DNA of 64,000 nucleotides from Nitrospinaceae bacterium (GTDB lineage: Bacteria > Nitrospinota > Nitrospinia > Nitrospinales > Nitrospinaceae), in contig OZ245011.1 in the NCBI GenBank assembly GCA_965223665.1, forward strand, positions 800,001-864,000, read 5' to 3'. Below are positions 20,106-28,786 of this stretch, one piece after another (within the stretch, counting starts at the first letter, position 1; each line of letters opens with the position of its first letter). The position numbers were made by a program, and so were the translations under genes. The notes below the pieces were generated by a model. That model ran no database searches, was not told the origin of the DNA, and saw only the letters and a list, made by a program, of their open reading frames with translations.

Positions 20106-21190
20106 TGTTGGATTTTTAATAATTTTTGAGAAAAATTCTTCTTGAGAAAGAAAAGAGAATCTGGATCAGGGATTACCTCCCCACGTTCCAGGCATCGACC
20201 ATGCTCTTCCAAAATTATTTCCTGGTAATGTGAAATCTTTTCTTGGATTGCATCTTTTTCGATTTGAATTATCAATGTTTCAGAGGAAATATAATCAAAA
20301 ATATCTTGCATATTTTCGTAGAAAAAGGGTGCCAAGGATTCGAGCCCTGAAAAAAATTTCAATCCTTCCACTTTCTCTAATAATTCACTCATATGAGTTT
20401 TATTTATTTCATTTTCACTACCTAAATTTATAAGTTTTTCCGTTCCTTTTTTTATTTGTTCTTCATTTAAACAAACTTCACGAATAGGCAAAATAGTGAC
20501 TTCATCTATTTCATCAATTGAAATCTGTGAGTTCACATCAAAGTGACGAATTGATTCGACCTGATCCCCAAAAAATTCAATTCGCACAGGGTTAGGATGT
20601 GTCGGCAAAAAAACATCCAGTATATCTCCTCTGGAACTAAATTGAGCCGGTCCATCCACCAATTGGGTGTGTTCCAGCCCGTTATCTACAAAACAATATT
20701 CTAATAACTCCCTATCCAAGGTTTCACCTTGATTAATAGTAAAGGTATGGTTTTTCAACACTTCTTTTGGTAAAAGTTTTTGAATTATTGCTTCAACAGG
20801 GGTAACCACTATTAAATTTTGGTTTTGTAGTAGCTTATGAAGAATAGATAATCTCTCAGCAGAAATTTCTAAGAGAGGGGATAAAGGTTCAAAAGGAAGT
20901 ATTTCCCATGTGGGGAAAAACTGGGGTATTATTTTTTGCTTTTCTCTTTTTAAATAGTATTTCAAATCTCCAAAAATAACTTCAGCCGAAATTTGATCAG
21001 CCGTTACAACCAAAATAGGTTTTTTTATTTTTTTCCAGATTTGGGAAAGAAAATAACCTTTGGAAGAACCTTGCAATCCTTCAATGATTAGAGGATTTAA
21101 AGTGTTTTTTAAGGTCTCTTGAAGATTCTTAAATACTTGCAACTCAAAAGATAAGGGTTCCTTAATGGAAATTTGTTCAGGAGATTTCAT
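20087..21190 (-). CDS. mfd: Mfd N-terminal part (UvrB-homology module) of a frameshifted gene
   Basis: FPTWEILPFE, FSSRGDILDVF, PVRIEFFGDQVESIRHFDVNSQIS. Overlaps the C-terminal ORF in another frame; adding one base gives a single 1149-aa ORF. Confidence 0.92.
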   Translation of the reverse strand: MKSPEQISIKEPLSFELQVFKNLQETLKNTLNPLIIEGLQGSSKGYFLSQIWKKIKKPILVVTADQISAEVIFGDLKYYLKREKQKIIPQFFPTWEILPFEPLSPLLEISAERLSILHKLLQNQNLIVVTPVEAIIQKLLPKEVLKNHTFTINQGETLDRELLEYCFVDNGLEHTQLVDGPAQFSSRGDILDVFLPTHPNPVRIEFFGDQVESIRHFDVNSQISIDEIDEVTILPIREVCLNEEQIKKGTEKLINLGSENEINKTHMSELLEKVEGLKFFSGLESLAPFFYENMQDIFDYISSETLIIQIEKDAIQEKISHYQEIILEEHGRCLERGEVIPDPDSLFFLKKNFSQKLLKIQQWNLMN

Positions 21191-21211
21191 TAATAATTAA
21201 AAAAATTATAA

Positions 21212-21595
21212 TTAGGATTGCGCTTTTTGAGGGAGAAGATGTTCCCACTTAGGCTTTCCGTCAAGTTTGAAATTAACGGTAACCACAAATGAAGGGCCTT
21301 CATAAAAATTCAATTTAAAATTTCCGCCACCAAAACGTTCCAGTAAATAATCTTCGGGGCGATTTCGAAAAGTATTAAATTCATCTAAACTAAATTTTGC
21401 AATTTCATAAAAATATAAGCCCACACCTTCCTTAATTCCCACAAGTAAGGTAAGGCGAAGTTGCTGATATATTTCAAAAAATCTTTTGTCACACTCTTCC
21501 GATGTTGGATCTCTTTTTAATTCACGCCGTAATTTAGGTTTATAATAATCGCGAAATGCCTGCTTGACCCATTGAATTCCTTCTATATTTTCCAT
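21212..21595 (-). CDS. Hypothetical protein
   Basis: 127-aa ORF with ATG, fills the gap upstream of mfd; no motif recognised. Confidence 0.7.
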   Translation of the reverse strand: MENIEGIQWVKQAFRDYYKPKLRRELKRDPTSEECDKRFFEIYQQLRLTLLVGIKEGVGLYFYEIAKFSLDEFNTFRNRPEDYLLERFGGGNFKLNFYEGPSFVVTVNFKLDGKPKWEHLLPQKAQS

Positions 21596-21637
21596 TTTTG
21601 AATTATGATTATGGTTATATGTTTAAAATAAATAAGA

Positions 21638-22579
21638 TTGATAGCATTAAAATCATTTAATTGTATTGAATCTCATATTTTATTAATTATGTCCGCAAAA
21701 ACCAATAGGGAAATTACCAGAGTAGGCTTGGTTCAATTGGCTTGTTCCGAAAATCCTGAAATAAATATTAAAAATGCTATTCAAGGCATTGAAGCGTGTT
21801 CTGAGAAAGGCGCTCAAATAATATGTCTTCCCGAACTTTTTAGAACCCTTTATTTTTGCCAAAATGAAGATCCCATTAATTTTTCATTTGCCGAACCCAT
21901 TCCGGGACCTACAACTAGAATTTTGGCCGCAATTGCGAAACAAAAATCACTGGTTCTAATAGCGCCCTTGTTTGAAAAACGTTCCTCAGGAATATATCAC
22001 AATACTGCGATTGTTTTTGATGCTGATGGAACAATTGCAGGTAAATATAGAAAAATGCATATTCCCGACGATCCTGGTTTTTCAGAAAAATATTATTTCA
22101 CACCTGGTGATTTGGGATTTAAGACGATTTCCACCCAATATGGCAAGATTGGTATTTTAATCTGCTGGGATCAATGGTTCCCTGAGGCGGCGCGTTTAAC
22201 AGCTCTATCTGGGGCTCAGTTTTTGTTTTATCCAACTGCTATAGGTTTCCAGGATTTTGATGCGGAATTAGCTTCAAAACAGGCCACGGCTTGGGAAACC
22301 ATCCAGCGATCCCATTCCATAGCTAACGGAGTTTTCACAATTGCAGTAAACCGGGTAGGACGTGAAAATGATATAAATTTTTGGGGACAGTCTTTTGTGA
22401 GCGATCCTTTCGGTGAATTGCTTTGCAAAGCTTCAAGCGATGCACCAGAAAATTTAACCATAGATTGTGACTTATCCCAAATAGAAGAAACTCGACAAAG
22501 TTGGCCTTTTCTGAGAGACCGAAGGGTTGACCATTATCAAAATTTATCCCACCTATTTTTAGATTCAAATGAAAGTTAA
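21638..22579 (+). CDS. aguB: N-carbamoylputrescine amidase (nitrilase family)
   Basis: LPELF, YRKMHIPDDPGFSEKYYF, ICWDQWFPE (E-K-C triad), FLRDRR; overlaps aguA. True start may be ATG 21689. Confidence 0.9.
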   Translation: MIALKSFNCIESHILLIMSAKTNREITRVGLVQLACSENPEINIKNAIQGIEACSEKGAQIICLPELFRTLYFCQNEDPINFSFAEPIPGPTTRILAAIAKQKSLVLIAPLFEKRSSGIYHNTAIVFDADGTIAGKYRKMHIPDDPGFSEKYYFTPGDLGFKTISTQYGKIGILICWDQWFPEAARLTALSGAQFLFYPTAIGFQDFDAELASKQATAWETIQRSHSIANGVFTIAVNRVGRENDINFWGQSFVSDPFGELLCKASSDAPENLTIDCDLSQIEETRQSWPFLRDRRVDHYQNLSHLFLDSNES

Positions 22580-23612
22580 TCCTTCTTCCCTAGGGTACAT
22601 AATGCCTGGAGAATGGGAACACCATGTGGGAACTTGGCTTACCTGGCCACAAAATCAGGAAACGTGGCCTGGAGTGTACCTGGAGCAGGCTGAAAATGTA
22701 TATCTTGAAATCATTCGTAATTTGTCTCTAGGAGAAAAAGTTTTTATTCTCGTTGATGATCCAGACACTCAGAATCGTGTAAAAAACCTTTTTTCCAAAC
22801 AAAAAATATCCATAGAAAATATCAACTTTTTTATTATTCCCACAGACGATGCCTGGATTAGGGATTACGGTCCAAATTTTCTGATAAATAATAAAAATCA
22901 AAAAATTAAAGTGGCCGCCAACGATTGGAATTTTGATTCTTGGGGAAAAAAATACGATTGGGAATTAGATAATCAAGTACCGGAAAAAATTTTAGAACAC
23001 CTTGATATCCCCAAATTTGAACCGGGGATTGTTTTAGAAGGAGGTGCCATTGAAGTCAATGGTAAAGGAATTTGCTTAACAACTGAACAATGCTTGCTCA
23101 ACCCAAACCGCAACAATGGGCCTTCAAAGGAGGAGATGGAATCCTATTTAAAAAACTATCTCGGTGCAAAAAAAATAATCTGGTGTCTGGGAAATTTGAT
23201 GGGTGATGATACTGACGGCCACATTGATAACTTAGTTCGATTTGTGAATCCAAATACTTTAATATGTGTTGTTGAAGAAGACCCGACTGACCCGAATTAT
23301 CATTGTACCCAGGAAAATTTTAAAATTTTAAAAAGTGCAGAAGATTTAAATGGTGATTCATTTAATATTATTCCCTTTCCCACTCCGGGAATAGTAAAAG
23401 AAAACGGAAACCGCCTTCCGGCAAGTTATGCCAATTTTTATATTGGAAACCGCGTTGTCTTATTACCAACTTATAATCATAAAAATGATTCAAGAGTTGA
23501 ATCGATTTTAGAAAATTGTTTTCCGGACCGCCATGTAGTGGCAATTCAGAGTAAACCTTTACTCATTGGTTTTGGGAGCATTCATTGCTTAACTCAGCAA
23601 CAACCTGGGTAG
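22569..23612 (+). CDS. aguA: Agmatine deiminase
   Basis: MPGEWE, DAWIRDYGP, LEGGAI, DDTDGHID, ASYANF, GSIHCLTQQQP. Confidence 0.95.
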   Translation: MKVNPSSLGYIMPGEWEHHVGTWLTWPQNQETWPGVYLEQAENVYLEIIRNLSLGEKVFILVDDPDTQNRVKNLFSKQKISIENINFFIIPTDDAWIRDYGPNFLINNKNQKIKVAANDWNFDSWGKKYDWELDNQVPEKILEHLDIPKFEPGIVLEGGAIEVNGKGICLTTEQCLLNPNRNNGPSKEEMESYLKNYLGAKKIIWCLGNLMGDDTDGHIDNLVRFVNPNTLICVVEEDPTDPNYHCTQENFKILKSAEDLNGDSFNIIPFPTPGIVKENGNRLPASYANFYIGNRVVLLPTYNHKNDSRVESILENCFPDRHVVAIQSKPLLIGFGSIHCLTQQQPG

Positions 23613-23618
23613 AACACT

Positions 23619-24479
23619 TTACAAAATTTTTCCAAATGTAGACAAAACCGGATGGGCCAAAAACTTAATATCATTCTTTGTGAGCGAAGGATGCCAAAGA
23701 TCTACGATAAATACCACTCGCGTTTTTTCCCCTTCGTGAACCACTTCATGCTCATAAGCATCGTCAAAAACAATGCATTTACTTTGTATCCAGGGCCGGG
23801 CTTCAGAGCCCACGCGGATTTTAACAGTATCTTCTGGAACATAAATTCCAAGATGATGCCTTAATCTTAGATTTGAAGACCCAGTATGTGGAAGAATGTG
23901 AGTTCCGGGAATTACTTCCGAAAACTCAACAAATCCGTAATTTTTACATAAAGGAAATTTTTCGACGATGGCTGTTGTCTTTGGAAGTAATTCACACAAT
24001 TCCACATTTTTTTCACCATTGACTCCGTAAAGCAGCATTCCTTTCCATTTGCCACCCTTGACTACAGTTCTATTGTCGGGATGAGTCCCCACGGAAGCTT
24101 TTGCTTTTTCAAATTCATCAATTATTACTTGAGCATTTTCTTCCAATGTTTTGGCCAATTCATCTTTTTCATCAAACCAGGGTTGAGTCGGAAGACCTAC
24201 ACAATGCCAAACACTTGGCCAAGTTTGATCTAAACCACGATTCTGAGGTTCTTCAAAATAAAGTGTTCCTAAACCATAATTTTTAGCAGTTTCATCCGTT
24301 TTACGTTTAAATAGTAGCCAGGAGAGGATGTGTAATATTCCACTAAAGCTGACTACAAACTTTAAAGGCAGTCCATACCAAAATAAACTACGGATATTTG
24401 GGCTATCATATTTCTTCATTAAACGTCGAAGAACCCAACAATCTCCAATAAACTTAAAAAAGCAACATACTGTTTTCAT
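23619..24479 (-). CDS. Aspartyl/asparaginyl beta-hydroxylase family Fe(II)/2OG dioxygenase
   Basis: ILPHTGSSNLRLRHHLG, FDDAYEHEV, RVVFIVDLWHP. Confidence 0.88.
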   Translation of the reverse strand: MKTVCCFFKFIGDCWVLRRLMKKYDSPNIRSLFWYGLPLKFVVSFSGILHILSWLLFKRKTDETAKNYGLGTLYFEEPQNRGLDQTWPSVWHCVGLPTQPWFDEKDELAKTLEENAQVIIDEFEKAKASVGTHPDNRTVVKGGKWKGMLLYGVNGEKNVELCELLPKTTAIVEKFPLCKNYGFVEFSEVIPGTHILPHTGSSNLRLRHHLGIYVPEDTVKIRVGSEARPWIQSKCIVFDDAYEHEVVHEGEKTRVVFIVDLWHPSLTKNDIKFLAHPVLSTFGKIL

Positions 24480-24612
24480 AAAGTAGTTAATTACTCTTTG
24501 GAATATTTAAATTTGATTCGCTTCAATAGAAATAAATTTTCATTATTAATGATATTTGAACTTAAAATTTATTCCTATAAATAGTATAACCTTGCGAATT
24601 TAAAGAAGGGAA

Positions 24613-24930
24613 TTAATCATTCGAAACTGTTTTTTCGGGGAGGCTGGGACGATTTAATTTTTGAACCTCTGTATTTAAAAAATTGATAGTTTTATCTTGC
24701 CTGCGAATGACTGAGCGAAGTTTCAACTGAGCAAAGGTGCCACTGATCCATGCAATTAAAAATCCCAAACCTAAAGAACATAAAACCACAATCAAAAGTG
24801 GAACCTGAATATTATGAGAATTTAAATTGAAGTCATAGAAGCTTACTTCAACCAAATCCATATTTTTAACTGCAAAAACAGCAATAAAAATTGCAAATAG
24901 GATTACAAATATTATTTTTATAATGGCCAT
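24613..24930 (-). CDS. LapA-family inner membrane protein
   Basis: TM-FAVKNMDLVEVSF-PLLIVVL TM, then basic coiled coil. Confidence 0.75.
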   Translation of the reverse strand: MAIIKIIFVILFAIFIAVFAVKNMDLVEVSFYDFNLNSHNIQVPLLIVVLCSLGLGFLIAWISGTFAQLKLRSVIRRQDKTINFLNTEVQKLNRPSLPEKTVSND

Positions 24931-24953
24931 AATAGGTTGGAGTTGTATAGAAG

Positions 24954-24996
24954 AAAATAATAAAGGCCTGAGGTATTATCGCACCTCAGGCCTTTA
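24954..24996 (-). terminator. Intrinsic terminator after the 25015-25914 gene
   Basis: Perfect 14-bp inverted repeat TAAAGGCCTGAGGT/ACCTCAGGCCTTTA (24961-24996) followed by TTATTTT on the minus strand. Confidence 0.85.
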
Positions 24997-25014
24997 ATTT
25001 AAACTAAATTATTT

Positions 25015-25914
25015 CTATTCTTCTTCATCTTCCTCTTCTTCATCTTCCTCTTCATCGTCACCACCTTCATCCCCTCCTTCAGATTCCAGTTCAATTTGCC
25101 CTACTGGAGGAGTTTCTTCAGCGGGTGGTTCTTCCGCAGATGGAGCAGGTGCTTCTTCAACTGGTGTTTCAGCAGGAGGTTCCACAGCCGCCTCTACAGT
25201 CGGCGCTTCTTCAGCAGGAGGTTCCTCTGCTGGCATTTCAGCGGGTGCAGCAGCCTCAGGGGAAGGAGCAGTTTCTTCCATTGCAGGTGCAGGAACTGCC
25301 TCTTCTTGTGTTGGCAAAGAAGCAGGTGGCATACCCATTGAATTATCACCCAACTCACTAAGTAAACTTTGAATACCTGCAACAACTTTGTCAGATTTCG
25401 CTTGAATTCCAGCATCTGAACCCGATGTTACACCCTTAATTGCCACCAACGCTCTTTTAAGTTCGGTAACCGCTGCCTGTCTTTCATAGTTTCCAAATCG
25501 CTGTTTTAGATCGCTAACATCTTGGTCCACTCTTGAAAATTTGTCATCCAATTGCTGTTTGAGGGGGCCAAACTTTTGTTCAAGGGTATTGACAGCGGCA
25601 TCTACATCTCCCACTTTAGAATCCAAATCCCTAATAAAAAATAGAATAAAAACAATCGCCAATACTGCCATACCAAAACCTAAATAGGCTATGGCTTTAA
25701 GAAGACTCATTTCTTCTTTTTCTTCATCTACTTCTGGTACAGGTTTGTTAAAATCCTCTTCGGTGGTATCTTTTTCTTCCGATTTTCCTTGAGAATAATA
25801 GGAGCTAGCGTCTTCTTTTTCCTCCTTTTTAATTTCCTCTAAGCGTTCTTCCTCAGGCGTTTTACCTCCACCAGGCTTGTTTTCGTTGGCATTATCCTGA
25901 TCGTTCGTGGTCAT
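25015..25914 (-). CDS. Single-pass membrane protein with coiled coil, Pro/Ala/Glu-rich linker and poly-acidic tail
   Basis: GGAGGAG RBS; acidic N-terminus, TM AIAYLGFGMAVLAIVFILFFI, heptad region, two EEPPAEE repeats, ends DDEEEDEEEEDEEE. Confidence 0.85.
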   Translation of the reverse strand: MTTNDQDNANENKPGGGKTPEEERLEEIKKEEKEDASSYYSQGKSEEKDTTEEDFNKPVPEVDEEKEEMSLLKAIAYLGFGMAVLAIVFILFFIRDLDSKVGDVDAAVNTLEQKFGPLKQQLDDKFSRVDQDVSDLKQRFGNYERQAAVTELKRALVAIKGVTSGSDAGIQAKSDKVVAGIQSLLSELGDNSMGMPPASLPTQEEAVPAPAMEETAPSPEAAAPAEMPAEEPPAEEAPTVEAAVEPPAETPVEEAPAPSAEEPPAEETPPVGQIELESEGGDEGGDDEEEDEEEEDEEE

Positions 25915-26117
25915 AGCTCCTCCAAAATGTTTTCATCTAAAATAGTTCAAAGGGCGTTTTTATATCCAATTTTGGAAATCCCTAATTAATTTTTTGAGAC
26001 GTTATCTCTTTTTATTCGACCAATTTTTCAATAATATATAGTTGAGAGATAACTCTGGAAGAATGAACCCTATAGGCTCAAATTTTATTCTATAAATGAA
26101 AGGCTTAAGGTCGAAAA

Positions 26118-27062
26118 ATGAAGAACGATCTTACTAACCAAACCCGTCTTTTGTCAAGGAAAATAAAGGAATTACGTCTAAACCTGCGGCCTACCATTTT
26201 TCTTTTAATCTTAGTTATTTTTTTTGTTAAAAGCCAATCTTTTGCAAATCCATTAATGGAAATCCAAGAGATTACAAAAATTCCCTCCAATGAAATAGTT
26301 TTTATTGATACTCGTCCCTATTGGAAGTTTTTGTGGGGACATATTCCCGGAGCCATCAACCTAAGTGATTGGAAAAAGTTCACTCAAAGGAATGGATCAA
26401 TTCCCGGTATCTTAATCCAGGATAAAGCTGAGGTGGCCTCCAAATTGAAATCCTTAGGATTAGACCATTCCAAGTCTATTATTCTATATGGAGACCCTAC
26501 TGATAAGTGGAGAACTGATGGTCGATTTTTTTGGATGTTTGAATATTATGGACTTAAAAAGGTTTTTCTTCTAAAGGGAGGATTTGAAAGTTGGAAACAA
26601 GCTGGTTTCCAAATGGAACGTGGAAATGAGAGAAAAAGAAAACCTTCAAGTCTTAAAATAGAAGACCTGAATTATAATCCCTTGGTTTATGCGGATCAAA
26701 AATGGATCAATAAAAGGTTAAATTCACCCAATTTAAAAATAATTGATAATAGAGAATTAGATGAATATGAGGGGGCAACTCCATATGGTTCGCCCAGAGG
26801 AGGTCATATTCCCGGGGCAATCCATATTGACTGGAGAGACTTTTATAACGAACAAGGAAACATAAAGCCTAAAAAAATTTTGATGAATTTACTTCATAAA
26901 TACCAAATCAATGCAGAACAAGAAATTGTGGTCTATTGCACCGGTGGCGTCCGATCAGCAATGGCTTATTTTGTATTCCGTTTTTTAGGTTTCAGTGTCC
27001 GCAACTATGACGGATCCTGGTGGGACTGGAGTAAGAATTTTTCTCTTCCCGTAGAGTCCTAA
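26118..27062 (+). CDS. Tandem-domain rhodanese/sulfurtransferase, probably exported
   Basis: GHIPGA twice, active-site VYCTGGVRS, YDGSWWDW; hydrophobic signal-like N-terminus. Confidence 0.9.
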   Translation: MKNDLTNQTRLLSRKIKELRLNLRPTIFLLILVIFFVKSQSFANPLMEIQEITKIPSNEIVFIDTRPYWKFLWGHIPGAINLSDWKKFTQRNGSIPGILIQDKAEVASKLKSLGLDHSKSIILYGDPTDKWRTDGRFFWMFEYYGLKKVFLLKGGFESWKQAGFQMERGNERKRKPSSLKIEDLNYNPLVYADQKWINKRLNSPNLKIIDNRELDEYEGATPYGSPRGGHIPGAIHIDWRDFYNEQGNIKPKKILMNLLHKYQINAEQEIVVYCTGGVRSAMAYFVFRFLGFSVRNYDGSWWDWSKNFSLPVES

Positions 27063-27067
27063 AAAAT

Positions 27068-27517
27068 TTAATGGTGAGATCCTTCACCCATTCCTCCAGG
27101 TCCTCTTCCATAAGGCGAGCCCATAGGAGGTCCATTGTGCGACCCTTCTTCATGCTCATGATTAGAACCTTCATGGTTTCCACCAGGACCACTTCCCATC
27201 ATAGGGGCCGGCCTGCCCAATGATTCAGATGCGTGAGTAAGAGCCTCGTTATAGTGTTTCAATGCTTCCTTTGCATGCTGAATGGCAACATTTCCATGTT
27301 GCTTTAATTCAGGAGAAGCATCTTTTAAATTCAAACTAAATTCTAAATGTTTAATCATTTCCTGGAGGTGTAAATATCCTTCCTCACCATGACCTAACCC
27401 CACACTTGCATGCCCACTAGCCTGAGACCAACCTGCTTTGGATGAAAAAACAATCAATAATGCAACCAGGAATGTCATAGGAATGCCAAACCGTTTCATA
27501 AAAACCTCCACTAACAC
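27068..27517 (-). CDS. Exported His-rich, SmbP-like small metal-binding protein
   Basis: Signal peptide (likely start MKRFG with GGAGG RBS), periodic His helices (AIQHAKEALKHYNEALTHA), EGS(N)H repeats in the tail. Confidence 0.65.
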   Translation of the reverse strand: MLVEVFMKRFGIPMTFLVALLIVFSSKAGWSQASGHASVGLGHGEEGYLHLQEMIKHLEFSLNLKDASPELKQHGNVAIQHAKEALKHYNEALTHASESLGRPAPMMGSGPGGNHEGSNHEHEEGSHNGPPMGSPYGRGPGGMGEGSHH

Positions 27518-27593
27518 TTTTATCCAGTGCTCAATATATTAAAAAGAAAATGAAATAATTATTGAAAGTTAATCAAAAATTTTTCCACAAAAT

Positions 27594-27623
27594 AAAAAAA
27601 CCCCTAGGTTATTTACCTAGGGG
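27594..27623 (-). terminator. Intrinsic terminator after fliE
   Basis: Minus strand CCCCTAGGT-AAATA-ACCTAGGGG followed by T7. Confidence 0.85.
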
Positions 27624-27650
27624 AATTTTATCAAATCTTGAGAAAGAAAT

Positions 27651-27971
27651 CTAAACCTGCATTCTCATTACTTCCTGGTATGCATCAACAATTTTATTCC
27701 TAACCTGCATCGTCATTCTAAAAGCTAAATCTGCTTTGCTGACAGCAAGCATAGTTCCATGAACATTTTGAGATTCACCTGAAGCTAAGCTCTCAATAGC
27801 CTGATCCGCTTCTTTTTGGAGGCTATTTACCTTTTCTATGGATTGAGCTAGGGCACTAGCAAAGGTTTCCTGACCATCTTCAGTTTTATTTAAGGTGATC
27901 TTTCCATCAACAGGACTCAATCCCGGATTGAGAGCTGTTTTTAAATTATTTTTTACAGTAATGTCTTCCAT
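27651..27971 (-). CDS. fliE: Flagellar hook-basal body protein FliE
   Basis: FASALAQSIEKVNSLQ...VHGTMLAVSKADLAFRMTMQVRNKIVDAYQEVMRMQV. Confidence 0.95.
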   Translation of the reverse strand: MEDITVKNNLKTALNPGLSPVDGKITLNKTEDGQETFASALAQSIEKVNSLQKEADQAIESLASGESQNVHGTMLAVSKADLAFRMTMQVRNKIVDAYQEVMRMQV

Positions 27972-28038
27972 ATTAACCTTTAACTTATATATTAATTAAG
28001 CTAACTCCCCAAATAGTCATTGTCAAACAAACTTACAG

Positions 28039-28464
28039 CTAACCTTGCGCCGTCTCGGTAACTGCGGCCCTTATAGTTGATCCTCGCTTACTCATTAACT
28101 GGATTGCGGCGTTATAAGCTATTTGATTTTCTGCAAGTTTCATCATTTCATTATCAATATTTACATTATTGCCATTATTTTTAACTGGATACGAAATTTC
28201 AAAGGGGTTGGCGGATATAGAGTTGATTTCATTACTTCCAATACCCATATGCATTCGATGAGTTTTTTTCATTGAAATTTCACCATTTTGGCCCATTACT
28301 TCTTTCAATTGAGATTTAAAATCCAAATCTTTAGCCAAATAACCCGGAGTGTCCAAATTACTGATATTACTTGAAACTAAGAGATGACGCTGGGAATGAA
28401 AATCCAATGATTTCTTTAAAATTTTTGGTGTACGATCTGAAAAAAGTAATTTATCAATTAGCAT
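28039..28464 (-). CDS. flgB: Flagellar basal-body rod protein FlgB
   Basis: SSNISNLDTPGYLAKDLDF, THRMHM, NGNNVNIDNEMMKLAENQIAY. Confidence 0.95.
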   Translation of the reverse strand: MLIDKLLFSDRTPKILKKSLDFHSQRHLLVSSNISNLDTPGYLAKDLDFKSQLKEVMGQNGEISMKKTHRMHMGIGSNEINSISANPFEISYPVKNNGNNVNIDNEMMKLAENQIAYNAAIQLMSKRGSTIRAAVTETAQG

Positions 28465-28486
28465 ATTTTACCTCAATTTGATAAAA

Positions 28487-28502
28487 AGCAAACTTTGTAC
28501 CA
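28487..28502 (-). promoter_or_regulatory. Sigma54 (-24/-12) promoter of flgB-fliE
   Basis: Minus strand TGGTACAAAGTTTGCT = GG-N10-GC, close to consensus TGGCAC-N5-TTGC; just upstream of the flgB GAGG RBS. Confidence 0.8.
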
Positions 28503-28786
28503 TCTTTTGCAAACTGCCCTCTTTTTTGCAAAACTAAAATCATTGAATTTGGCGGCTTTAAATGCAATCTTAGTCCATTTTTTACCTATTTGTTTTTTAT
28601 TTGGAAACACCATGCAAATTTTTCCCAATCGGAGCGTCAAATAATCCCTGTATTTTCAAAAACTAAATTAAAATTGACGGTGCGCTTAAACTAATAAATT
28701 TGGGAAAAAGAATATTTGTGGTGGGCAAAATCTCAAAAATGTATTTATAATTAATTTACTTTTGAATATTTTTTTTACTCAATTAT

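Noticed and set aside
20105..20165. Programmed -1 ribosomal frameshift in mfd
   Set aside because: No in-frame slippery heptamer or evident stimulatory structure; a homopolymer indel is simpler.
25016..25320. TCTTCA/TCTTCC-type and GCAGGAG repeats as a tandem repeat array or CRISPR
   Set aside because: They are codons of the poly-Glu/Asp and Pro/Ala/Glu tracts; no repeat-spacer structure and no cas genes.
27972..28038. flgC pseudogene remnant or mini-ORF (MTIWGVSLINI)
   Set aside because: No FlgC-like residues recognisable in any frame; too short to support.
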